A stretch of DNA of 34,293 bases from an uncultured Bdellovibrionales bacterium (GTDB lineage: Bacteria; Patescibacteriota; Minisyncoccia; Moranbacterales; UBA1568). Positions 10,958 through 19,294 of this stretch are shown piece after piece. A program made the position numbers and the translations under genes. The stretch is taken from positions 1 through 34,293 of the forward strand of contig CAYHND010000002.1 of NCBI GenBank assembly GCA_964357915.1. The letters are read 5' to 3'. The notes under the pieces were generated by a model. It was not told the origin of the DNA. It worked only from the letters and a program-made list of their open reading frames with translations, and did not search any database. How positions within the stretch are numbered: the stretch's first letter is position 1; each line of letters begins with the position of its first letter.

Positions 10958-13716
10958 ACGCGTGCGAGTTTATCGAGATTAAATTTATTTTCTGGAGATT
11001 CAAAACCGAGAGTCACCATGCGTCGTGTATAGGCTGCAATTGTTTCATTTCTTCCTGGCTCGGCTACTTTACCATAAGCATTTACCGCTAGCTCCTTAAA
11101 TCTATTTACTCGGGTAATTTGATCTGTGCCAAGTAGAGCTTGATTCTCTACAAGGGTCTCCCCTGGCGTCTTGGCAGCCAAAACAACATCCGTCATCTTC
11201 ACAGTGGGCGCATTGAGAATGCTATCACGAAAGCGCAGGTCATTAGTAGCAAAAATAGTCCTCCGCGTATCTTCTAGTTCTTTGTAGTAAACCGCTCTCT
11301 CTATCCTACCTTCTCCTATCAGTTTAGCAGTTCCATCGACTGGCTCATCCGATACCTCACTCTCAACAGAAGAACTCTCACCGGTATCAGCCACCGCTTG
11401 TTCTGGAACATTTACTGATGCTACTTCGTTATTTGCTATTCCTGCATCTGAAGCTACTTCAGGAGTAGGAGCCTCTATAGAAGATGCCGTGATGTCTTTA
11501 CCATTCAGCACCTCTTGTAGTTCTGATTGACTGACTAGACCGTCAAGTTTCAAGGTATCGCCCGCATAAATAGTATTGATATCACCGCTCCGGAACCCGA
11601 TGGCTTCTTGGTCTGCTGGTGAGAGAGCTTCCAACTTAGTGGCAATGAGTTTCTGTAATGAGGTGATGGCTTTGGTCTTTTGGGCTTCATCCATATCAGC
11701 CGGAAGGGATTTATCCAATACTCCCCACAACCCCTTCTGACTATCTGCTCCAGTTAGTTCGTATTCTGCCGGCATCGCTGACGCTCCCCCTCCCACTTCG
11801 TACGACATGGTGGGCGTGTTTACCGGCAAAGGGATGTCTTTGGTTACTCCAGTGACAATCTCGGCTCCTGGCGTAACAACGGTCGTAGCGTCTCGCAGAT
11901 GAGAGAGATACTCTGTCAAAGCCAGCCCTCCAAAAGCCCCTCCGACACGCAAAGACCATTTACGGAAAAAAGTTTTCGTTCGTTTTTTGTCTATCTGTTT
12001 ATCTATACTCTGACTATCAAGATCCAAAAACTCGTTAAGTCTCTTGGCAAACTCCTCAGAAGAAGTATGTTCTTCAGTTTCAATAAAATTCTCAATCTCA
12101 GCGTTAACTTTCTTCTCTTGACGTCCACTCAAAAATTTCTCTGCAGCCGTATCAAGAGCTACTGCCCCACCCAGTCCAGCACAAAATCTCCTAAGCGCTA
12201 TACCGCCGATAGCAATACCGGCACCAGGGGTAGCGGCGAGTGCTACAGAGCTTCCAAAGAGGATCACTGCCAGTGCGGCTTTTTTTCCTATCGAAAGGTT
12301 ATTGTATTGTTCTCCTATTTTATCAAGCCAAGTCCCCAGTTTTCCTGAGAGAGTTTTCTTCTCTTCTTCAGCGTACAAATTGCCAAGAGCTGCTCCTTCA
12401 GCCATCAAAAAATACTTCCCTAGCTCACGCATTGCTCCAGCCCTCTCTGTTTCACCTAAAGGGGCAAGACTAGAAATTTCTTCATCTTTCTTTTGAGCTA
12501 AGAGACTCCTGTAATGTTGACGGAGCATCACAAGATCCTGATCTTCAGGCTTTTTAAGCCACGTGAAACTTCTGACTAAACTCTTCCATTTAGCGGTCAC
12601 TTCAACGTCTTTGGTGACATAAGCCAGGCGTGCTGCTGTAATTCTTTCTTCAAGAGTACCTTCTTTTTCTGATTGTTGAGATCCTTCAATAGGTACTCCT
12701 TCAGCCACTACCCCCTCTACAAGATCCTTTACAACTGGAGCCTCCACTCCTAAGGCGAGAGTTTGCGGGATATCAAGAGCAAGCTCACTAGCAAGCTCAC
12801 TCGGTTCTATCACTACGGTTTTTTCATCTCTATTTTCTGGAGTAATGTTCTCTTGAATCAGTCTCTCTATTTCCTTTTCTGATCCACCAAGATTAAGAAA
12901 TTTATTTACTGCTTCTTGGCGCGCACGTTCACTATCGTTGAGGCGCTGACCAAAGCTAACTGCTTTGGTCTTCAAATCCACGCTCTGCTCGCGAAGTCTT
13001 CCGAGGACTGTATCAACCGACTCGATCTTCTTACGTCTACCTGAAGTAGCTTGTGGCTCACGATGAGCTATCTGATCATCGATACTTTTAATATCTTCCC
13101 CAATAGCAGCAATATTTTTCTTCAGCGCATCAATACGATTCTCTTCTTGGAGAATATTGACGCCTGCGTCCTTTTTTTCTTTTTCTTTTTTCTGCTCACT
13201 TCTTAGCTGTCGAATAGCATCAATCGCGTCTTTCCCGGTATTGTCTGTATTATCGACAACCGGTTCAGGATTTATCACTGCCCCTTTAGCCTTGACCCTA
13301 CTCTCTCCTACTGACACTTTTTCTTCGGCTAATGGCTTTGTGGCAGCTATTTGCTCTTGCGTGGCAGTAATTTGTTTTTTAATATTGTTCAACATCCACA
13401 CTGGCTGGTTGATATCACGCTCCTGTTCCTCTAGTCGATGTAGAGTAATCTCTAAAGAAGCAGTATCAGGGCGTTCTTGATGTAAATCAAGGTTAGCCTG
13501 TACTTGCTCTGGATCAGTCACTCTAACAGAGACAGGTTTACTTTCAGCAATGCCGACTTGGACAGTCTGTTCTTCTCCAGATGCTTCTGGTGGTAACACG
13601 AGTTCTGCTACTGCATCACCTTTACCATCAGTAAAAAGAAGTGCCTCCTGCGAAGCAACCTTTTCTTCTAGTCTAGGCTCCTTATATCTTCCTGTCACTC
13701 TGTCAAAAAATCCCAT
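10954..13716 (-). CDS. 920-aa coiled-coil protein with central Gly/Ala-rich TM hairpin, unknown function
   Basis: Long uninterrupted ORF. The N-terminal about 480 aa are charged and coiled-coil-like. Hydrophobic segments are AALAVILFGSSVALAATPGAGIAIGGIAL / FCAGLGGAVAL and WSLRVGGAFGGLALTEYL. An acidic Ser/Glu spacer precedes a C-terminal globular-looking region. SD-like AAGGA sits upstream of the ATG. Confidence 0.8.
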   Translation of the reverse strand: MGFFDRVTGRYKEPRLEEKVASQEALLFTDGKGDAVAELVLPPEASGEEQTVQVGIAESKPVSVRVTDPEQVQANLDLHQERPDTASLEITLHRLEEQERDINQPVWMLNNIKKQITATQEQIAATKPLAEEKVSVGESRVKAKGAVINPEPVVDNTDNTGKDAIDAIRQLRSEQKKEKEKKDAGVNILQEENRIDALKKNIAAIGEDIKSIDDQIAHREPQATSGRRKKIESVDTVLGRLREQSVDLKTKAVSFGQRLNDSERARQEAVNKFLNLGGSEKEIERLIQENITPENRDEKTVVIEPSELASELALDIPQTLALGVEAPVVKDLVEGVVAEGVPIEGSQQSEKEGTLEERITAARLAYVTKDVEVTAKWKSLVRSFTWLKKPEDQDLVMLRQHYRSLLAQKKDEEISSLAPLGETERAGAMRELGKYFLMAEGAALGNLYAEEEKKTLSGKLGTWLDKIGEQYNNLSIGKKAALAVILFGSSVALAATPGAGIAIGGIALRRFCAGLGGAVALDTAAEKFLSGRQEKKVNAEIENFIETEEHTSSEEFAKRLNEFLDLDSQSIDKQIDKKRTKTFFRKWSLRVGGAFGGLALTEYLSHLRDATTVVTPGAEIVTGVTKDIPLPVNTPTMSYEVGGGASAMPAEYELTGADSQKGLWGVLDKSLPADMDEAQKTKAITSLQKLIATKLEALSPADQEAIGFRSGDINTIYAGDTLKLDGLVSQSELQEVLNGKDITASSIEAPTPEVASDAGIANNEVASVNVPEQAVADTGESSSVESEVSDEPVDGTAKLIGEGRIERAVYYKELEDTRRTIFATNDLRFRDSILNAPTVKMTDVVLAAKTPGETLVENQALLGTDQITRVNRFKELAVNAYGKVAEPGRNETIAAYTRRMVTLGFESPENKFNLDKLARV

Positions 13717-13759
13717 ATTTCCTTTTCCTTTGTATTGATTTCATATATAATAATACCAT

Positions 13760-13781
13760 AGAAAGAGAAAAAACTCTTTCT
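13760..13781. repeat. 8-bp stem hairpin/palindrome in divergent promoter region
   Basis: agaaagag-aaaaaa-ctctttct (13760-13767 / 13774-13781) in the AT-rich 123-bp gap between divergent genes 13716 (-) and 13840 (+). Possible operator; no clear -35/-10 assignable. Confidence 0.4.
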
Positions 13782-13839
13782 CTAAAAGGAAAAGAAATAC
13801 CAAAATTAACCAGAGCCTATCTTCAGGCACCTCTCACTT

Positions 13840-15429
13840 ATGACCAAACAACACGCTCTCGTGTGGTTCGCTCTGACGCTCATTATTCTCGGTGCACTTT
13901 TTGCACGGAGTTACCATATTAGCTCTATTCCAAGCGGTCTCTATCCCGATGAAGCCGTCAATGCTGTTGATGCTCTAAGCGCTATCAATAGTGGCAACTA
14001 CCAACTTTTTTACCCCAATAATTACGGACGTGAGGGTCTTTTTATTAACCTTCAAGCCCTTTCTCTTAAAACTTTTGGCTATACCGTAGGGGCTCTCAAG
14101 CTCTGGTCTATCATTTTTGGCACCCTCACTGTTTTGGGTACCTACTTTCTTGGTCGCGAGCTCTTTCATCGTCGTGGAGCAGCCTTATTGGGAGCCTTCT
14201 TCATAGCCACCAGCTACTGGGCTATCAACTTCTCGCGTATTGGCTTTCGAGCTATCATGACCTCCTTTCTCATCAGCTTTGCCTTCTTTTTCTTCTTCAA
14301 AGGCCTGCGGACGAGGCGCTATCTCGACTTCGCTCTTGCTGGACTCTGTGTGGGCTTAGGTCTACACACCTACATTGCTTTTCGTCTTACCCCCCTTATT
14401 CTTATAGCTCTCCTTCCTTTCCTCATGCTTTCTTACGAAAACTTCCTCAAGCGTTACTGGAAGCAGGGTCTTGTGTTTGCTCTGACTGCTTTTATAGCAG
14501 CATCTCCCATGCTCTATCACTTCTTTATTGCTCATCCAGAAGATTTTGCCTCGCGTTCTACGGCTATCTCGGTCTTTGCACCCGAAGTTAATCATGGCGA
14601 TCTGCCTGGCACTCTATTTAAAACCTTCGGCCTCAGTCTTCTCAAATACAATTTCTGGGGTGACCAGAACTGGCGTCACAATTATCCCCCTTACCCAATA
14701 CTCGACCCCATTACTGGCTTCTTCTTTCTAGGAGCACTGTTGTTCCTTATTTCACAGACAGTAGCCCTTCTCGGTAGACGCTTGCGTCATCGTGATCGCG
14801 ATACTCGTCTGGTACGCAATATTTTCCTCCTAAGCGCCTTCTTTATCATGTTGATGCCTGAATTTTTCACTGCAGAAGGCCTTCCTCACGCACTCCGTGC
14901 TATCGGGACACAAGTGCCCGTCTTTTTGATGGCTGGTCTTGGTGCTTTTTGGATTTACCGGAGGATTATGCGTGCCCCCTCACAATCAAGAGTCATCCTG
15001 CTCTCACTTTTTTTCATCACCCTTGGTCTCAGCGCTACTTTTAACCTCACGAAATACTTTATCTTCTTTGCTAACAGTCCTGACCAGCGAGGTGCTTTTA
15101 ATGAAGACTATACCAACATGGCCACCTATCTCCTCAGTCTTCCACCTGAAACGAAGAAATACGTCTACACAAATGCCGGTGGCACTGATATAGACAACGG
15201 TCTCCCGGTGACGGCGGAATCTCTCTACTTCTTGACCTACGGTAAAATAGAGAATCTTATCTTTCTGAAGCCAGATACCTCCATTTCCACACCAGCCGTT
15301 GTGATTCTTATGCGTTACGACGACGCTATCGCCAAACGTCTCCTCAATCGCCATCCTGGAAGTGCAGTAGAAACTATTTACACTAATCCACACTCTCCTG
15401 TTGGTTTTCCTGCTATTATTCTTCCATAA
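13840..15429 (+). CDS. GT-C fold glycosyltransferase, family 39/83-like (ArnT/PMT-like, polyprenyl-phosphate-sugar dependent)
   Basis: 529 aa with more than 10 TM helices. The first periplasmic loop motif YPDEAVNAVDA is a DEx-type motif typical of ArnT/PMT-like enzymes. No obvious SD. Confidence 0.85.
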   Translation: MTKQHALVWFALTLIILGALFARSYHISSIPSGLYPDEAVNAVDALSAINSGNYQLFYPNNYGREGLFINLQALSLKTFGYTVGALKLWSIIFGTLTVLGTYFLGRELFHRRGAALLGAFFIATSYWAINFSRIGFRAIMTSFLISFAFFFFFKGLRTRRYLDFALAGLCVGLGLHTYIAFRLTPLILIALLPFLMLSYENFLKRYWKQGLVFALTAFIAASPMLYHFFIAHPEDFASRSTAISVFAPEVNHGDLPGTLFKTFGLSLLKYNFWGDQNWRHNYPPYPILDPITGFFFLGALLFLISQTVALLGRRLRHRDRDTRLVRNIFLLSAFFIMLMPEFFTAEGLPHALRAIGTQVPVFLMAGLGAFWIYRRIMRAPSQSRVILLSLFFITLGLSATFNLTKYFIFFANSPDQRGAFNEDYTNMATYLLSLPPETKKYVYTNAGGTDIDNGLPVTAESLYFLTYGKIENLIFLKPDTSISTPAVVILMRYDDAIAKRLLNRHPGSAVETIYTNPHSPVGFPAIILP

Positions 15430-15459
15430 ATTACCTAACTCATCATCAGCCTACCTTCT

Positions 15460-17358
15460 ATGGAGTTTTTACAAAAGCACAGCCTCAAAATAGCTCTCGC
15501 TATTCTTGTTTGTTTCTTTACCCTCAACCTCATTGTTTCTGACCAGGAAGCCACCACCATGGATGAACGAGCGCATATCCCTTCAGCCTACAGCTACGTG
15601 CGCTATGGAGATATGCGCCTCAATCCGGAACACCCTCCGCTCCTGAAAGATCTGGCCGGTCTTCCTCTCTTAGCTCTCCAGCCCGAATTTCCACTCCAGT
15701 CAGAGGAATGGCAACATGGTATCAATGCTCAGTGGGTCATGGGTCAGAAGTTTATCAGCTGTCTGGTTCCCGAAGAAGCCTGCAACGACGCAGATCAGAT
15801 TACCTTCTGGGCTCGAGTTCCTATTGTCTTAGTCGCTGTTCTTCTTGGTATTTTTATCTTTGTGTGGACGAGGGCGCTTGCCGGATCGCTGGCTGCTCTC
15901 TTTGCCCTCACTCTCTACGCCTTTGATCCCAATATCATTGCTCATAGTCACTTTGTGACCACTGATATTGGTATTGCAGCCTTTCTCTTCTTTTCTTTTT
16001 ACTACTTTGTGCGTTTCCTCAAAGAACCCACTCCGCGTAATGTCATTATCTCAGGTATCTGGCTAGCCCTGGCCAACCTGGCCAAATTTTCAGCGGTACT
16101 CCTCTTCCCTATCTTTGGACTCTTTGTCCTGTTGTATGCCTTGAGTATTGCGAAACCCTCTGAAGCACAACTCTCAACTTTTCTTTTCAAGCTCAAACAA
16201 ATTTGGCTCTACGGGTATAAGTTTGCCTTAAGCGTTGCACTCTGTTTTGTCATTATCTGGGTTTACTACTACCCACATACCATGAACATGCCCGGTATCA
16301 AGCTCGTTGAAGTAGCAGAAATGATGTTTCCAGATAAGCAGGCTGGGCCATTCGCCAAGAGCTTTATCAAAGCTACCTATGACAATTCTTTTCTCAAGCC
16401 TTTTTCTGCTTACTTCCTTGGTGTCTTCATGGTCTTTGGGCGTGTCGCTGGTGGGAATACCTACTATTTCTTGGGGGCTGTCTCTAACCACGCCTCCCCT
16501 TGGTATTTTCCCATTGTCTTTATCCTCAAGAGCACCCTCCCCTTCCTCTTTCTCCTTGTCGCAACAACACTCTACAGCCTCTACCGTATAGCTAAGAGCT
16601 TCAAGGATGAGCAGGTCACTTCTCTTGGCAAACTTGGTACTTTCTTAGCCCAATCTCTGCAGCGTAAGACAGCCCAGTATGTAGGAATCTTCTTTGTTCT
16701 TTTCTACAGCTTCGTCAGTATCACGGGTAACCTCAATATTGGCTTTCGTCACCTTTTTCCTATCCTCCCCTTCCTCTTCATGTTTATTGCCAAAGTGGTC
16801 TTTGACAGTATCAAACGTCAGTCCAGTCAATTTACCCAAAAGATTAGTTACAGTATTCTCGGTATCTTCACTTTCATTATTATAGCTACTCCGTTCCTCT
16901 CCTACCCTCACTTTGTCTCATACTTCAACACTGCTTTTGGGGGACATCAGAATGGCTACCGCTATGTCACTGACTCCAACTATGACTGGGGTCAGGACTT
17001 AAAACGCCTCAAGACTTTTGTGGATACCCATAACCGCTGTGTCGCTTCGCAGGCCAGCCTCAAAGATGACTGCACGCTAGCTATCGGTCTACCGCCCATC
17101 GACAAGCTCCGTATTGATTACTTCGGAGGGGCAACCCCTGAGTACTACTTCAAAGACGTAATGATTCCTTGGCATGCCTATACCTCACCTGAGGCTGGCT
17201 GGTATGCGATCTCCATTGGTTTTATGCAAGAAAGTGTCAGTGTTGATCCAGGCTACAAAGCCGACAGCTACGACTGGCTCATGCAAAACTACACTCCCGT
17301 TACCAGAGCTGGTGATTCTATCTTCATCTACTACGTACCAGAGGTACCCGCTAAGTAA
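15460..17358 (+). CDS. Second GT-C fold glycosyltransferase (PMT_2/GT39-like, phospholipid-carrier dependent)
   Basis: 632 aa, multi-TM. N-terminal loop DERAHIPSAYSYV...NPEHPPLLKDLAG is characteristic of this family. C-terminal soluble domain. Lies 30 nt after the preceding GT-C gene. Confidence 0.85.
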   Translation: MEFLQKHSLKIALAILVCFFTLNLIVSDQEATTMDERAHIPSAYSYVRYGDMRLNPEHPPLLKDLAGLPLLALQPEFPLQSEEWQHGINAQWVMGQKFISCLVPEEACNDADQITFWARVPIVLVAVLLGIFIFVWTRALAGSLAALFALTLYAFDPNIIAHSHFVTTDIGIAAFLFFSFYYFVRFLKEPTPRNVIISGIWLALANLAKFSAVLLFPIFGLFVLLYALSIAKPSEAQLSTFLFKLKQIWLYGYKFALSVALCFVIIWVYYYPHTMNMPGIKLVEVAEMMFPDKQAGPFAKSFIKATYDNSFLKPFSAYFLGVFMVFGRVAGGNTYYFLGAVSNHASPWYFPIVFILKSTLPFLFLLVATTLYSLYRIAKSFKDEQVTSLGKLGTFLAQSLQRKTAQYVGIFFVLFYSFVSITGNLNIGFRHLFPILPFLFMFIAKVVFDSIKRQSSQFTQKISYSILGIFTFIIIATPFLSYPHFVSYFNTAFGGHQNGYRYVTDSNYDWGQDLKRLKTFVDTHNRCVASQASLKDDCTLAIGLPPIDKLRIDYFGGATPEYYFKDVMIPWHAYTSPEAGWYAISIGFMQESVSVDPGYKADSYDWLMQNYTPVTRAGDSIFIYYVPEVPAK

Positions 17359-17372
17359 GTTCTCACCTAAAC

Positions 17373-17407
17373 AAAAAACACTCCGACATCATGTCAGAGT
17401 GTTTTTT
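17373..17407. terminator. Bidirectional rho-independent terminator (convergent GT-C operon and ftsQ-like operon)
   Basis: aaaaaa-cactccgac-atcat-gtcagagtg-tttttt: a 9-bp stem with one mismatch (17379-17387 / 17393-17401). The T-run overlaps the TAA of the minus-strand gene. Confidence 0.75.
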
Positions 17408-18377
17408 AATTCTTGTCTTTCTTTTTCTTTTCTTCTGGGACAATCACTGGCTTTGTCTCACTTGTGGTTGATGCTTCCTCTTTTTTCTCCTCACCCTCTT
17501 CCTGAGAGGGAGGACCCTTCAGTGTATAGTAAATGCGGTTTTCCGTGCGCAAATCTACGTTACGCAACTCTCCCTGGCGTTCAAAAGGAATCTCTTGTTC
17601 AAAAAAAAGTCTAAGGGTCTTGATATTTTCTTCTGGCTCTATGCGAGAGTTAATAAATAATTCCCATCCACCCTCCGTTTGCATGCGTAGCTCATCAGAA
17701 AACCTTGATGCCGAGGTCATCTCGGGCTTGATAACAATTCCAAGCTCTCCTTGTAGACGCTCCTTGTTTTCCTTAAAATGTTCAATAAAGGGGTAATCAA
17801 AGAGCGCACGCCCTATCTCTACTGGCAATCCCCCTGTATCAATAACCGTATACAGTGGCAGTTCTCCTCTGCGTTCCGGTACGAAGCCCCCTGCACGAGC
17901 CACATTATGTTCACTCAAGAGGTAACAGGGTCCCCTACTACACCACAAGAGTGCCAGCTCGCGCTCACGGAGAAAAACGTTGACCTTATTTGGGAATGTT
18001 TTGGTGACACTCACTTCTTCGATAGCTGGAAATTCATCCTCTAGAATAGCTCGTACTCTACTCGTCCGAAAGAGGAAAAAGTTATCACGCCAGATACTCT
18101 TCAATATTCGTGATTCATTTTCATTAGCAAACAGTTCTTCAATTCGCTCTTTGGGTACCAGTACGTTTCCTTCGACATGAAGTATCTCCATTTTCATCAC
18201 CGAAGAAAAAAAGAGCATATAGACAACCGTCCCAACAAAAACAACCCATAAGAAGCCAGTTAAGCGAGACAGGCCTCTTTTCAGATCTTCTATATTCTCA
18301 CTTCGTTTTGGTTTTTTTTGCTTCCGTTTTGGCAAGTAGAGTTCTTCACGGAAAGTAGGTTTCTTTTTTGACCACAT
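17406..18377 (-). CDS. ftsQ: FtsQ/DivIB-like cell-division protein (POTRA domain) with Lys/Glu-rich C-terminal tail
   Basis: Basic N-terminus, one TM helix (FLWVVFVGTVVYMLFF), then a POTRA-like start MEILHVEGNVLVPKERIEELF. SD AGGAG lies 4 nt upstream. Confidence 0.65.
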   Translation of the reverse strand: MWSKKKPTFREELYLPKRKQKKPKRSENIEDLKRGLSRLTGFLWVVFVGTVVYMLFFSSVMKMEILHVEGNVLVPKERIEELFANENESRILKSIWRDNFFLFRTSRVRAILEDEFPAIEEVSVTKTFPNKVNVFLRERELALLWCSRGPCYLLSEHNVARAGGFVPERRGELPLYTVIDTGGLPVEIGRALFDYPFIEHFKENKERLQGELGIVIKPEMTSASRFSDELRMQTEGGWELFINSRIEPEENIKTLRLFFEQEIPFERQGELRNVDLRTENRIYYTLKGPPSQEEGEEKKEEASTTSETKPVIVPEEKKKKDKN

Positions 18378-18387
18378 AGAGCTCCTC

Positions 18388-19293
18388 TTATGAAAGTGAA
18401 AGGAATAAGTGTTCTAGTGTGAGACGTGCCTGTACCTCTGGACGCTTCAGTTCAATAAGCGTTCCGTGCAGTTTCTCTAACAAAGAAAGGTGTTTTTTGA
18501 CTTGATCTCTATCTTTTATTTCTTTGGCTCGAGCGTACAATCCTGGCAAAAACCATTCGAAGAGTTGGATCAGGGTAGGAATATCTTTAGCGAGCTCATC
18601 AGCAAGTGTCAGTCGAGCACGGAGTGACAAAGTCGATATCTGAAAAAGCTTAGTGAGAAATTCTTTTTTCTTCTGAAATTGCTTTGGATTTTCTATTGCT
18701 TGAAATAAAACTCCTGGCCGACCCAGACGAAAGAAAAAATCTGGTAGTGCCTCCCCGAGAGTTAATCCAAAAGGAGCACCTTCTTCTTGGAGTGTCTTGA
18801 AGGAAACAAAACCAAAACGTATCTCGAAAAGGCGTGAAAGCAGTGTATCTACTATCTTTTGGCGTTCGTGAGTAACAAAAATAATGACCGCCCCTGCTTC
18901 TGGCTCTTCGACAAACTTAAGGAGCATGTTCTGTGAGGCTACTGTAAGAAGATGAGCGTCATCGACAATCAGCACTTTATACTGTCCTTCCTGAGGAGAA
19001 AGTCGTAGGAAGCGTAATGAAGCACGTGTCTCTTCTATACCAATACTCTTTTTTCGCGTCACTCCCCGCCTCACAACTCGAACTGGTTCTAATATTTGAA
19101 TATCCAGCGGTGTTGCTTGATCCAAAGAAGGCCGGAAGGTGGGCTTGCCGATAAGTTCTAAAGCCCACTCAAAAGCCACCAGCCGCTTACCAATACTCTC
19201 TGGGCCAACAAAAAGGATACCCTGTGAAACTTGTTTCTTGTCCACAAGCGCCTGCAACTGTTTACGTTCTTTGTGGTGACCAATAATGTTCAT
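18388..19293 (-). CDS. holB: DNA polymerase III subunit delta-prime (clamp-loader AAA+)
   Basis: IIGHHKERKQL, degenerate P-loop FVGPESIGKR, VLIVDDAHLL (DExx box), NMLLKFVEEPE and TLLSRLFEIRF (SRC-like). The track start 19317 is TTG and overlaps the upstream gene by 23 nt. ATG 19293 sits immediately after the upstream TAG and is preferred. Confidence 0.8.
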   Translation of the reverse strand: MNIIGHHKERKQLQALVDKKQVSQGILFVGPESIGKRLVAFEWALELIGKPTFRPSLDQATPLDIQILEPVRVVRRGVTRKKSIGIEETRASLRFLRLSPQEGQYKVLIVDDAHLLTVASQNMLLKFVEEPEAGAVIIFVTHERQKIVDTLLSRLFEIRFGFVSFKTLQEEGAPFGLTLGEALPDFFFRLGRPGVLFQAIENPKQFQKKKEFLTKLFQISTLSLRARLTLADELAKDIPTLIQLFEWFLPGLYARAKEIKDRDQVKKHLSLLEKLHGTLIELKRPEVQARLTLEHLFLSLS

Positions 19294-19294
19294 A

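Noticed and set aside
11560-11640. LysM-like motif (GDINTIYAGDTLKLDG) in the 920-aa protein.
   Set aside because: Only the C-terminal half of a LysM-like pattern is present. The upstream YxVxxGDTL part and the spacing do not fit, so I did not annotate a LysM domain.
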